Assembly: GCA_021827205.1 (NCBI GenBank)
Contig: JAKAWV010000005.1
Coordinates: 79,120-143,119, forward strand
Length of the DNA stretch: 64,000 nucleotides
Reading direction: 5' to 3'
From: Pseudomonadota bacterium
Lineage (GTDB): Bacteria; Pseudomonadota; Gammaproteobacteria; Xanthomonadales; Rhodanobacteraceae
Part shown: piece after piece, positions 9,016-19,077 of the stretch
Position numbering within the stretch: the stretch's first letter is position 1
Layout: every line of letters starts with the position of its first letter
Notes under the pieces: generated by a model
What the model was told of the DNA's origin: nothing
The model's database searches: none
The model's input: the letters and a program-made list of their open reading frames with translations, nothing else
Position numbers and translations under genes: made by a program

Positions 9016-9672
9016 ATGATCCGCCTGTTGCTCGTGGACGATCACGAATTGGTGCGCACCGGCTTCAAGCTCATTCTCGGTCAGCAATCCGACATGCAGG
9101 TCGTCGGTGAAGCAGCCAGCGCCGAGGAGGGGCTGCACCTGATCCGCTCGCTCGCCCCCGATGTTGCACTGGTGGACGTGCACATGCCCGGCATGAGCGG
9201 CATCGAACTGACCGAGCGCGTGATTCGCGCGCAACTGTCCACGCGCATCGTGGTGTTGACCGTGGTCAATGACGCGCGTTTCCCGCGTCGCCTGCTTGAA
9301 GCCGGCGCGCTGGGTTATCTGACCAAGGGGTGCGCCGCCAATGAACTGCTGACTGCGATTCGTCAGGTTTCCGATGGACGCCGCTATCTTGCGCCGGACG
9401 TCGCCCAGCAGCTTGCACTGGCCACGCTTGATGGCGAGGGTTCGCCGTTCGAGCAACTGTCCGCGCGCGAAATGGAAGTGGCGATGATGCTGGTGCGCGG
9501 CAAGCCCATTTTCGTGATTGCCGAGCAATTGCACCTGAGCCCCAAGACCGTCTCCACCTACAAGCAGCGGCTGATGAACAAGCTGGAAGTGGAGAACCTG
9601 ATCGCGTTGGCGCACTTGATGGAAGCGCACAGCCTGATCGAGCCGCGCGCTGGCGCGGCCTCGCCCAAATAG
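9016..9672 (+). CDS. gacA: NarL/FixJ-family response regulator, UvrY/GacA-like
   Basis: MIRLLLVDDHELVRTGF...VDVHMPGMSGIEL receiver domain plus a LuxR HTH (LSAREMEVAMMLVRGK...LSPKTVSTYKQRLMNKL). Collinear with UvrY/GacA along its whole length. Confidence 0.8.
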   Translation: MIRLLLVDDHELVRTGFKLILGQQSDMQVVGEAASAEEGLHLIRSLAPDVALVDVHMPGMSGIELTERVIRAQLSTRIVVLTVVNDARFPRRLLEAGALGYLTKGCAANELLTAIRQVSDGRRYLAPDVAQQLALATLDGEGSPFEQLSAREMEVAMMLVRGKPIFVIAEQLHLSPKTVSTYKQRLMNKLEVENLIALAHLMEAHSLIEPRAGAASPK

Positions 9673-9774
9673 CTCGGTGCACGCTTGCATGGGGGTCTGA
9701 CGGCTGGTCGCGGCGCGCCTCGATTTGTCAGCCGCACGCTGGGCTGGGATAATCACTTTTTGGCAGGTCACTCC

Positions 9775-10629
9775 ATGAGCGCACGCCTGCTCGACGGTCG
9801 CAAGGTCGCCGACGAATTGCTGCAACGCATTGCCGCGCGGGTTGCCGTGCGCCGCGCATCCGGTCATGTGCCGCCGAATCTCGCCGTGGTGCTGGTGGGG
9901 GCCGATCCGGCCTCGACGGTGTACGTACGCAACAAACGCCGTGCCAGCAAGCAGGTGGGTTTCAGCGCCCGCGACATTGATCTTCCGGCCACGATCAGCC
10001 AGCACGAGCTGATGGCGCTGATCAGCGAATTGAATAGTGATGCCTCGGTGCACGGCATTCTCGTGCAGCTACCGCTGCCGCCGCATCTGGACGCCACTGC
10101 TTTGATCAACCACATCGATCCGCGCAAGGACGTCGATGGCTTCCATGCCGAGAACGTCGGTCGCTTGGCACTGCGCCAGCTTGGCTTGCGCCCATGCACG
10201 CCCAAGGGCGTGATGACACTGCTGGCGCACACCGATCGCCCGGTACGTGGCCAGCATGCGGTGGTGGTGGGTGTATCCAACCATGTCGGCCGGCCGCTGG
10301 TACTGGAACTACTGATCGCCGGCTGCACCACGACCTGCTGCCACAAGTTCACGCGCGAGCTTGAACATCACGTGCGCGATGCCGACATCCTGATCGTCGC
10401 GGTCGGCCGGCCGGCGCTGGTGCCTGGCGCGTGGATAAAACCCGGTGCGGTGGTTATCGATGTGGGCATCAATCGTCTCGAAGATGGGCGCCTGATTGGC
10501 GATGTTGAATTCGCCGCCGCCGCCGAGCGCGCCGCCTGGATCACGCCGGTGCCAGGTGGTGTCGGGCCGATGACCGTGGCCACGTTGATGGAAAACACGC
10601 TCGAGGCCGCCGAGGCGCTCGATCCATGA
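9775..10629 (+). CDS. folD: bifunctional methylenetetrahydrofolate dehydrogenase/cyclohydrolase
   Basis: [16 protein letters not shown]..., [24 protein letters not shown] and GVGPMTVA blocks are typical of FolD. Confidence 0.9.
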   Translation: MSARLLDGRKVADELLQRIAARVAVRRASGHVPPNLAVVLVGADPASTVYVRNKRRASKQVGFSARDIDLPATISQHELMALISELNSDASVHGILVQLPLPPHLDATALINHIDPRKDVDGFHAENVGRLALRQLGLRPCTPKGVMTLLAHTDRPVRGQHAVVVGVSNHVGRPLVLELLIAGCTTTCCHKFTRELEHHVRDADILIVAVGRPALVPGAWIKPGAVVIDVGINRLEDGRLIGDVEFAAAAERAAWITPVPGGVGPMTVATLMENTLEAAEALDP

Positions 10630-12114
<1,485 letters not shown>

Positions 12115-12205
12115 TGAAGGAAGCGGATTGAGCGACTGCTGCGATTCCGGACCCGGTTCCGGATCGCGGCCCATTGACACTACCGCGCAGAGATCCCGAG
12201 TCCCG

Positions 12206-13792
12206 ATGCCTACCAATATTCACTCCGACAAGATCCTGATCCTCGACTTCGGTTCGCAGTACACGCAGCTCATCGCGCGGCGCGTGCGCGAGATTGGCGT
12301 CTACTGCGAAATCTGGGCGTGGGACCACGATCCCGAGGAAATCACGCGCTTCGCGCCGCGTGGCGTGATCCTCTCCGGCGGCCCCGAATCGGTCACCGAG
12401 GCCGCATCACCGCGCGCACCGCATGCGGTGTATGAACTGGGCGTGCCACTGCTTGGTATCTGTTACGGCATGCAGACCATGGCCGCGCAGCTTGGTGGCA
12501 AGGTCGAGAGTGGCCACGCGCGCGAGTTTGGCTACGCCGCGATCGACATGACCGCGCCGTGCGCGTTGTTCGACGGGCTCGATGATCACGCCGATGCGCA
12601 CGCCGTGACAGGCGCGCGCAAGCTGGATGCGTGGATGTCACACGGCGATCGCGTTACCGCCATGCCGCCGGGTTTTGCGTTGGCCGCGGCCACCGAGAGC
12701 ATTCCGATCGCAGCCATGGCCGACGCAACGCGACGCTGGTACGGCGTGCAGTTCCATCCCGAGGTCACGCACACGCGCCAGGGCAGCGAGATTCTGCGGC
12801 GTTTCGTGGTCGATGTATGCGGCTGTGCCACGCAGTGGACGCCGGCCGGCATCATCGCCGACGCGCTGCAGAACGTGCGCGCGCAGGTCGGCACACAGCG
12901 CGTGCTGCTGGGCCTCTCCGGTGGCGTCGATTCGTCCGTGGTCGCGGCGCTGCTGGAGCGTGCCATCGGCGCGCAGTTGACCTGCGTATTCGTTGATACC
13001 GGGCTGTTGCGCTTGGACGAGGGCAATCAGGTCATGGCCACGATGACCGAACACATGGGCGTGCACGTGATTCGCATCGACGCCGCGCCGCGTTTTTTCA
13101 GCGCGCTGGCCGGCATTTCCGATCCGGAAGCCAAGCGCAAGGCCATAGGCCTGCTGTTCGTGGAAGTCTTCGAGGAAGAAGCCAGCAAGCTGCAGGATGT
13201 GCGCTGGCTGGCGCAGGGCACGATTTATCCCGATGTGATCGAATCCGCCGGCGCCAGGACCGGCAAGGCGCACGTGATCAAGAGCCATCACAATGTTGGC
13301 GGATTGCCCGAGCGCATGAACCTCAGGCTGCTCGAGCCGCTGCGTGAACTGTTCAAGGACGAAGTGCGCCGTATCGGTGTTGAACTCGGGCTGCCGCATG
13401 CCATGGTGTATCGCCATCCGTTCCCCGGTCCCGGGCTTGGGGTGCGTGTGCTGGGTGAAATCTGCGCCGAGCATGTCACGCTATTGCAGCGGGCTGATCA
13501 GATCTTCATCGAGGAGCTGCGCAAGGCTGATCTCTACGAGCAGGTCGGTCAGGCTTTCGCGGTGTTTCTGCCGGTGAAATCCGTCGGCGTGGTCGGCGAC
13601 GGGCGCGCGTATGAGTGGGTGATCGCGCTGCGCGCCGTGGAAACCGTCGACTTCATGACCGCGCGCTGGGCGCGCTTGCCCTACGAGTTTCTTGAATTGG
13701 TTTCATTGAGAATAATTAATGAAATACGCGGTATATCTCGCGTTGTTTATGATATTTCAGGCAAGCCGCCTGCCACTATTGAGTGGGAGTGA
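12206..13792 (+). CDS. guaA: glutamine-hydrolysing GMP synthase
   Basis: Starts [26 protein letters not shown]. Has the GATase GICYGMQ motif, the ATP-PPase SGGVDSS motif and the C-terminal ...KPPATIEWE. The upstream part of track ORF 11834..13792 is an out-of-frame overlap with guaB. Confidence 0.95.
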   Translation: MPTNIHSDKILILDFGSQYTQLIARRVREIGVYCEIWAWDHDPEEITRFAPRGVILSGGPESVTEAASPRAPHAVYELGVPLLGICYGMQTMAAQLGGKVESGHAREFGYAAIDMTAPCALFDGLDDHADAHAVTGARKLDAWMSHGDRVTAMPPGFALAAATESIPIAAMADATRRWYGVQFHPEVTHTRQGSEILRRFVVDVCGCATQWTPAGIIADALQNVRAQVGTQRVLLGLSGGVDSSVVAALLERAIGAQLTCVFVDTGLLRLDEGNQVMATMTEHMGVHVIRIDAAPRFFSALAGISDPEAKRKAIGLLFVEVFEEEASKLQDVRWLAQGTIYPDVIESAGARTGKAHVIKSHHNVGGLPERMNLRLLEPLRELFKDEVRRIGVELGLPHAMVYRHPFPGPGLGVRVLGEICAEHVTLLQRADQIFIEELRKADLYEQVGQAFAVFLPVKSVGVVGDGRAYEWVIALRAVETVDFMTARWARLPYEFLELVSLRIINEIRGISRVVYDISGKPPATIEWE

Positions 13793-13916
13793 GAAGAACC
13801 GGCAGTTTGCACGCCTGGCGTCCTGCCGCGGTTTGCGATATTCGGCGCGGCACGCCCGTGTACTTGAACGGTTTTTCAAGCCTCCCGGAATTCATTGCTG
13901 AAAGAAGCCTCTGCTC

Positions 13917-16388
13917 ATGAAAACAAAGCCGTTCAGTGTCAAAGCCACCCGGGCAAGCAAGTCGGCAAGGAAGCCCAAGCTGTCGCGCACGCACGTTCCG
14001 GCAGAGCTTTCTCCAGCCGACTGGCAGCGTGCGCTACGCCGTCAGTTCGGCGGCGAACAGGCTTTCAGCTTGGAAAATGTTGGCATGCAACCTTTCTTTT
14101 CCGAGTTCCGCGTCAGCAATCCACAAACGAAGAGTACCTATCGCGTCACCATGCGCGGCAAGCATTCGGGCGACAACGACTGCGCTTGCCCGGACTACGC
14201 AAGCAACGAGTTGGGCACCTGCAAGCACATCGAATTCACTCTCGCAACGCTGGAGAAAAAACGCGGCGCCAAAGCCACCTTTGCGCACGGCTACCATCCG
14301 CCGTTCTCAGAGCTGTATTTGCGCAGCGACAGCACACGCACCGTGCATTTCCGTCCCGGCACGGATTGTCCGGCAGCCGTTCGCAAAGCGGCGGCGCTGT
14401 CATTCGACGAGGGATGCGACTGGCGGTTACGGGATGAGCGGCCAGCTACTCTGGATCGCTTGATGGCCTTGGCTGCTGAAAATGGCCACGAGTTGCGTGC
14501 CCATGACGACGCGCTCGATTTTCTTGCCGGGCGACGCGATGCGGATCGACGGTCGCTGACACTCGACAGCCTGTTCCCGCGTGGCGCTGCCGATCCGTCA
14601 CTGAACAAGCTGCTCAAAGTGCCGCTATACCCGTACCAGACCGAGGGCGCCTTGTTCGCCGTGCGCGCGGGCAGGGCGCTGATTGGCGACGAAATGGGAC
14701 TGGGCAAAACCATCCAGGCTCTCGCCGTCGCCGAAATCATGGCCAAACATTTTGCCGTATCGAAAGTGTTGGTGATTTGCCCGACCTCGCTCAAGTATCA
14801 GTGGCAAAACGAGATTGCGCGCTTTTCCGGTCGTGACTCGCGCGTGATTGCCAGTGGGCGTGCCCAGCGGCAGAAAGATTACGCACTGGATGACTTCTGC
14901 AAAATCACCAACTACGAAAAGCTCCAGCCCGACCTCGATCTGATCACTGCATGGGCGCCAGAGCTGGTCATCGTCGACGAGGCGCAGCGGGTGAAGAACT
15001 GGAACACCGTCGCCGCCCGCGCGCTGAAGCGTATCGACAGCCCCTACGCCGTGGTCCTCACCGGCACGCCGCTGGAGAACAAGCTGGAAGAGCTGATCTC
15101 CATCGTCCAGTTCGTCGATCAACACCGCCTGGGGCCCACCTGGAAGTTGCTGCATGAGCATCAGGTCAAGGACGAGAGCGGACGTGTCACCGGCTATACC
15201 GGGCTGGAAAAAATCGGCCAGACACTGGCGCCGATCATGATCCGCCGCCGCAAGACCGAAGTGCTGATGCAATTGCCGGAACGCACCGACCAGAACCTGT
15301 TGGTGCCGATGACTGAATTGCAGATGACTTACCATCAGGAAAACGCGGAGGTCGTGACCAAGATCGTCCAGCGCTGGCGCAGAGTGAAGTTTCTTTCCGA
15401 CCAGGACCAGCGGCGGCTGACCTGCGCCTTGCAGAACATGCGCATGTCGTGCAACAGCACCTATTTGCTTGATCAGGAGAGCGACCATGGCGTCAAGGCG
15501 GACGAACTGGCGGCCTTGTTCGACGAGCTGTTCGAGCAGCCAGACGCCAAGGCCGTGGTGTTCAGCCAATGGACTCGCACCCACGACATCGTGATCCGGC
15601 GCTTGGAGGCGCGCGGGATCGGCTACGTCAGTTTCCACGGCGGCGTGCCATCGGAGAAGCGGCCGTCGCTTGTGAAGCGCTTCCGCGACGATCCCGGCTG
15701 CCGGGTATTCCTCTCGACTGACGCCGGCAGTACCGGTCTCAATCTGCAACATGCATCTACGCTGGTCAACATGGATTTGCCGTGGAACCCAGCGAGTCTC
15801 GAACAGCGCATCGCGCGCATTCATCGCATGGGCCAGAAACGGCCGGTACGCATCGTCAATTTTGTAGCCAAGGGCACGATCGAGGAAGGCATGCTTTCGG
15901 TGCTGGCCTTCAAGCGCTCGCTGTCGGCGGGGATTCTCGATGGCGGAACGAGCGAAATATCGCTGGGGGGCTCGCGCCTCAGCCGCTTCATGAGGGATGT
16001 CGAAAGCGTGACTGGTCACATGAGCGAAGGCGAGGCTATGACTCCCGTCGAGGAAACGGCAGGCATGGCGGCTGAAACGCAAGCAGCCCCAATGCGAGGA
16101 GCGCACGTGGTTCCTACGGGAACAGGTGCGGAAATAGGGGGTGAGCACGGTGCGGCACAGGCTCCGACAAACATGGACGCCAATCCCTGGCCGGCTTTGG
16201 TGCAGATCGGCGCCCAGTTGCTCTCTGCTCTGGTGGCGACACGCGACGCAACCACTCCGGTGCATCCATGGATCGAGTGCGATCCTGCCACAGGTGCGCG
16301 CCACTTCAAGGTGCCACTGCCACCCCCGCAAACGGCGAGACGCCTTGCCGATGCGCTTTCTGCATTGGCAGATGCCTTGCGGGCCTGA
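13917..16388 (+). CDS. SNF2-family helicase with N-terminal SWIM zinc finger
   Basis: 823 aa with SWIM CxCxnCxH (CACPDYASNELGTCKHI), helicase motifs DEMGLGKT and DEAQRVKN, and the C-terminal QRIARIHRMGQ. Many more A/T-ending codons than in the neighbouring guaA. Confidence 0.85.
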   Translation: MKTKPFSVKATRASKSARKPKLSRTHVPAELSPADWQRALRRQFGGEQAFSLENVGMQPFFSEFRVSNPQTKSTYRVTMRGKHSGDNDCACPDYASNELGTCKHIEFTLATLEKKRGAKATFAHGYHPPFSELYLRSDSTRTVHFRPGTDCPAAVRKAAALSFDEGCDWRLRDERPATLDRLMALAAENGHELRAHDDALDFLAGRRDADRRSLTLDSLFPRGAADPSLNKLLKVPLYPYQTEGALFAVRAGRALIGDEMGLGKTIQALAVAEIMAKHFAVSKVLVICPTSLKYQWQNEIARFSGRDSRVIASGRAQRQKDYALDDFCKITNYEKLQPDLDLITAWAPELVIVDEAQRVKNWNTVAARALKRIDSPYAVVLTGTPLENKLEELISIVQFVDQHRLGPTWKLLHEHQVKDESGRVTGYTGLEKIGQTLAPIMIRRRKTEVLMQLPERTDQNLLVPMTELQMTYHQENAEVVTKIVQRWRRVKFLSDQDQRRLTCALQNMRMSCNSTYLLDQESDHGVKADELAALFDELFEQPDAKAVVFSQWTRTHDIVIRRLEARGIGYVSFHGGVPSEKRPSLVKRFRDDPGCRVFLSTDAGSTGLNLQHASTLVNMDLPWNPASLEQRIARIHRMGQKRPVRIVNFVAKGTIEEGMLSVLAFKRSLSAGILDGGTSEISLGGSRLSRFMRDVESVTGHMSEGEAMTPVEETAGMAAETQAAPMRGAHVVPTGTGAEIGGEHGAAQAPTNMDANPWPALVQIGAQLLSALVATRDATTPVHPWIECDPATGARHFKVPLPPPQTARRLADALSALADALRA

Positions 16389-16396
16389 GGTACGGG

Positions 16397-16888
16397 ATGG
16401 GCAGCGAGATCCATGAACTTCCGAATTGCGAGTGGAGCGCCGAGGATCAGCGCTGGATGCTGCACGCGCTGGAGCTGGCGCAACATGCTGACCAGCAATT
16501 AGGCGAGGTTCCGGTCGGCGCGGCGCTTATTCAAAACGGCCAACTGATTGGCGCGGGTTGCAATCGCAGCATCATCGAACATGACCCCAGCGCGCATGCC
16601 GAGATCGTGGCGCTGCGCGCCGCCGGGCAACTGCTCGGCAATTACCGATACACCGGCAGCACGCTGTACGTCACGCTGGAGCCATGCGCCATGTGTGCGA
16701 TGGCTTTGATACATGCGCGCGTCGCGCGCGTGGTGTATGCGGCGGCGGATCTCAAGACTGGTGCTGCGGGCAGCGTATTCGATACGCTGATTTCTGCGCA
16801 TCACAATCACCGCGTCGAAGTACGACAGGGCTTGCTGGCTGACGCTTCAGCAGAGCTGCTACGCGAATTCTTTCGGCGACGGCGTTGA
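16397..16888 (+). CDS. tadA: tRNA adenosine(34) deaminase
   Basis: Cytidine/deoxycytidylate deaminase zinc motifs HAE (PSAHAEIVAL) and PCAMC (TLEPCAMCAMAL). Size is about 163 aa. Confidence 0.9.
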   Translation: MGSEIHELPNCEWSAEDQRWMLHALELAQHADQQLGEVPVGAALIQNGQLIGAGCNRSIIEHDPSAHAEIVALRAAGQLLGNYRYTGSTLYVTLEPCAMCAMALIHARVARVVYAAADLKTGAAGSVFDTLISAHHNHRVEVRQGLLADASAELLREFFRRRR

Positions 16889-16922
16889 GAAACTCTTTGT
16901 TGCTTTATGATGCGATTCACTT

Positions 16923-16950
16923 ATTTTACATAATATGCATATGCAAAAGT
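16923..16950. other. dif-like 28-mer (attL): chromosomal XerD-type arm + central region + element-type XerC-side arm
   Basis: ATTTTACATAA|TATGCA|TATGCAAAAGT. The reverse complement compares with E. coli dif GGTGCGCATAA-TGTATA-TTATGTTAAAT: XerD arm 10/11, central 5/6, and the CGCATA-like core is present but shifted by 1 nt. Confidence 0.6.
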
Positions 16951-17165
16951 CATGTCGCGGGCGAGTCACCGTCCAGCACTTCGATGTGCACGTCGAGACG
17001 CTGCGCTTCTAGCCACCGCACGAATGCGTCGTCCACAGTCATCGGTGAGTAGTTGTCATGGAAGACCATCGTTGTTACACCCACCTGTTCGGTACGCTGC
17101 CATAGGGCATGCGCTTCGACTACGTCTTGGTGGGTCGTGGGTGCGAGAAACCTTATACGGGCCAT
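16950..17165 (-). CDS. hypothetical 71-aa protein of the cassette
   Basis: MARIRFLAPTTHQDVVEAHALWQRTEQVGVTTMVFHDNYSPMTVDDAFVRWLEAQRLDVHIEVLDGDSPAT looks globular and uses several codons rare for this genome (ATA, AGG, CTA, GTA). Its stop overlaps the last base of the att 28-mer. An alternative ATG is at 17171. SD is weak and no family is recognised. Confidence 0.4.
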   Translation of the reverse strand: MARIRFLAPTTHQDVVEAHALWQRTEQVGVTTMVFHDNYSPMTVDDAFVRWLEAQRLDVHIEVLDGDSPAT

Positions 17166-17229
17166 GGGCATTCTCTGTAGCAGGTCTGGCGAGCGTACGG
17201 TACATCGCCAGAGGCTGCGGGAGGCAAAC

Positions 17230-18375
17230 ATGATCGCCCGGGGTCGTAAGCTGCGTCGCAACGTTGTTCCGGGCCGACGCGCCCGGCGTCTGTGGCACGT
17301 CAGCCCGGATGGCTTCGGCGAGCTGCGCCGGTCCTGTCTGCTGAGCCGCAAGGCGGCGGCCGAGTTTCTCGGGGTGAGCCTGCGCACGGTGGCCTACTGG
17401 GAGGCCGGGCGCTGCCGGGTGCCGTTGTCGGTGGTGCGGCTGCTGCGCATCGTTCGCCTGGGCGATCTCGGCGCGCTGTCGCGGGACTGGTCGGGCTGGT
17501 CCTTGCATGGCGGCGCGCTGCGCAGCCCGGAAGGCCGCGCCTTCACACCGCACGAATCGGCATGGTGGGCGCTGCTGGTGGCGCAGGCGCGCGCGTTTGT
17601 GGAGGGCCGGGCGCGGCTCGGGGGTGTGGGGGCGGCAGCCCCCGCGAGGCCGCAGGCCGTCCCGCTTCAACCCGAAGCCGGGGAAGCCGGACGGCAGGAC
17701 GCAGACGCGGCCGGGCATGGGCAGGGCGTCTTCCCGCTGAACGCTCTGGAAGGGGTGCTGCTGCCGGTTCGTAGCGGCTGGGCCGCTGTGTGGAGCGAAG
17801 GCGGGGGCGCGCGTGCGCGCCCCGCCTGCTCCACGGGGCTTGTCTCCTATTCAACAAAGGCAACGCGACATGCCGAATGTGAGCATTTTCCTAGCTTGCG
17901 CGCTGGTGGTCATGGTGGCAATCTGGGGCCACTATGGCCCCATGGAGTAGGCACCCATGCCCCCGACTTCCAAGCTCAACCTGCGTCTTCCTGTGGACTT
18001 GAAGGAACAGGCCGAGGCCTTGGCCCAGCACATGGGCTTGAGCTTGAACGCCCTGTGTGTGATGGCCCTGCGCTCGCAGGTGCCCTACCTGTCCCGCACC
18101 TACCGCCCGCCTCCTGTGGTCCCGGCCGGCCTTCAGGCCCCGACCGCCCCGCCTTCGTCGGCGCCGGCGGTCTCCAGGCGGGAGCACGTGCCCAGGGTGG
18201 CGCTGAATGCGCCCTGCCCGTGCGGCAGTGGCCAGAAGTACAAGCGGTGTCACGGCGCGCCCGGCGTGCGGTAACCGGCGCAGAGGGTGCGGCACCCGGC
18301 CAGTTCGACGGCTCACCGGGTGCCGCGGTTACAACCATAACCGGGGGCGTGGCCCCCATGGAGTTTGTAGCATGA
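17230..18375 (+). CDS. helix-turn-helix DNA-binding protein of the cassette (start well supported, 3' end unresolved)
   Basis: GGGAGG lies 5 nt before ATG 17230. [40 protein letters not shown] is followed by [29 protein letters not shown], reminiscent of small phage HTH regulators. The frame stays open to 18375, but beyond about 17640 the translation is Gly/Ala/Pro-rich noise and overlaps the clearly real gene at 17957. Confidence 0.5.
   Translation: MIARGRKLRRNVVPGRRARRLWHVSPDGFGELRRSCLLSRKAAAEFLGVSLRTVAYWEAGRCRVPLSVVRLLRIVRLGDLGALSRDWSGWSLHGGALRSPEGRAFTPHESAWWALLVAQARAFVEGRARLGGVGAAAPARPQAVPLQPEAGEAGRQDADAAGHGQGVFPLNALEGVLLPVRSGWAAVWSEGGGARARPACSTGLVSYSTKATRHAECEHFPSLRAGGHGGNLGPLWPHGVGTHAPDFQAQPASSCGLEGTGRGLGPAHGLELERPVCDGPALAGALPVPHLPPASCGPGRPSGPDRPAFVGAGGLQAGARAQGGAECALPVRQWPEVQAVSRRARRAVTGAEGAAPGQFDGSPGAAVTTITGGVAPMEFVA
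17800..17826. repeat. GC-rich hairpin GGCGGGGGCGCGC-GT-GCGCGCCCCGCC (one bulged G)
   Basis: Read directly. It lies between the HTH domain and the next gene and is followed by the only AT-richer stretch of the cassette. It could be a terminator or an origin-like structure. No U-tract. Confidence 0.5.
17957..18274 (+). CDS. ribbon-helix-helix-like protein fused to a C-terminal SEC-C metal-binding motif
   Basis: GGAG lies 9 nt upstream of the ATG. The N-terminus [33 protein letters not shown] is Arc/CopG/HicB-antitoxin-like. A Pro-rich linker follows, then the C-terminal [14 protein letters not shown], the SEC-C motif. Confidence 0.75.
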   Translation: MPPTSKLNLRLPVDLKEQAEALAQHMGLSLNALCVMALRSQVPYLSRTYRPPPVVPAGLQAPTAPPSSAPAVSRREHVPRVALNAPCPCGSGQKYKRCHGAPGVR

Positions 18376-18776
18376 AACGGCGTGATGAGTTGGCGTCGAT
18401 CCGCTGCGTGTTGGCGGAGCAGTTGGTTTCCATCGCGGTGCAGTCCTATTACGCGGCCGGTCGCGCGATCCTCGAGGATTTCAAGGCGTCCGGGGAACCT
18501 TGGGACGTGGACGGGCAGCCTTGGGCGGATCGCTCGGTTTTCCTGTGGCAGCTGCACCACGAGATAACGCACCGGCTTAGCCTCGTGGCGGCGCGTCAGC
18601 GCCTGCGCTCGCCCGGCTCGGCGACTTCGGAACTGGGCTGGTACGAGCCGCCCGGGCGTCCTGCGTTCGATCCCGTGCCCGTTTTTTCAGGCCCGCCGGT
18701 GAACGATTTGCACCCTGCCCCTGATGCCTGCGAGTCTAGCGCGGGCGCGGCGGCGAGCGCGGGGGTGGATGCATGA
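18372..18776 (+). CDS. hypothetical 134-aa protein of the cassette
   Basis: GGAG lies 8 nt upstream of the ATG. The first ~85 aa look ordered ([69 protein letters not shown]). The stop lies 6 nt before the att core. No family recognised. Confidence 0.5.
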   Translation: MKRRDELASIRCVLAEQLVSIAVQSYYAAGRAILEDFKASGEPWDVDGQPWADRSVFLWQLHHEITHRLSLVAARQRLRSPGSATSELGWYEPPGRPAFDPVPVFSGPPVNDLHPAPDACESSAGAAASAGVDA

Positions 18777-18798
18777 CGTCCTATGCATATGCAAAAGT
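18771..18798. other. inter-copy junction = attP-like site (XerC-side arm and central region present, no XerD-type arm)
   Basis: GCATGACGTCC|TATGCA|TATGCAAAAGT. The right 17 nt are identical to attL. The left 11 nt match the chromosomal arm ATTTTACATAA at only 4/11. Confidence 0.6.
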
Positions 18799-19013
18799 CA
18801 TGTCGCGGGCGAGTCACCGTCCAGCACTTCGATGTGCACGTCGAGACGCTGCGCTTCTAGCCACCGCACGAATGCGTCGTCCACAGTCATCGGTGAGTAG
18901 TTGTCATGGAAGACCATCGTTGTTACACCCACCTGTTCGGTACGCTGCCATAGGGCATGCGCTTCGACTACGTCTTGGTGGGTCGTGGGTGCGAGAAACC
19001 TTATACGGGCCAT
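18798..19013 (-). CDS. hypothetical 71-aa protein (copy 2)
   Basis: Identical to 16950..17165 at +1848. Confidence 0.4.
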   Translation of the reverse strand: MARIRFLAPTTHQDVVEAHALWQRTEQVGVTTMVFHDNYSPMTVDDAFVRWLEAQRLDVHIEVLDGDSPAT

Positions 19014-19077
19014 GGGCATTCTCTGTAGCAGGTCTGGCGAGCGTACGGTACATCGCCAGAGGCTGCGGGAGGCAAAC

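Larger units (their letters stand above)
16935..18782. mobile_element. copy 1 of the 1,848-bp tandem cassette (candidate Xer-dependent integrative element)
   Basis: Repeated exactly at +1848. Bounded by the core ATGCATATGC at 16935 and 18783. Carries four ORFs; none is an integrase, transposase or replication gene. Confidence 0.7.

Noticed and set aside
14625-16331. 568-aa minus-strand ORF
   Set aside because: It is antisense to the SNF2/SWIM helicase, which has all helicase motifs. No motifs appear in the antisense translation.
13917-16388. SNF2/SWIM helicase as part of an anti-phage defence system
   Set aside because: No partner genes (methyltransferase, nuclease, phospholipase D, etc.) are adjacent. 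The neighbours are guaA and tadA. This is the common stand-alone bacterial SNF2-SWIM architecture.
17292-17774. Additional ORFs inside the cassette (17292..17774 +, 17056..17718 -, 17543..17863 -, 17891..18316 -, 17976..18572 -, and the +1848 copies)
   Set aside because: Translations are Arg/Gly/Ala/Pro-rich and have no SD. All overlap the better-supported HTH, RHH-SEC-C or 134-aa genes.
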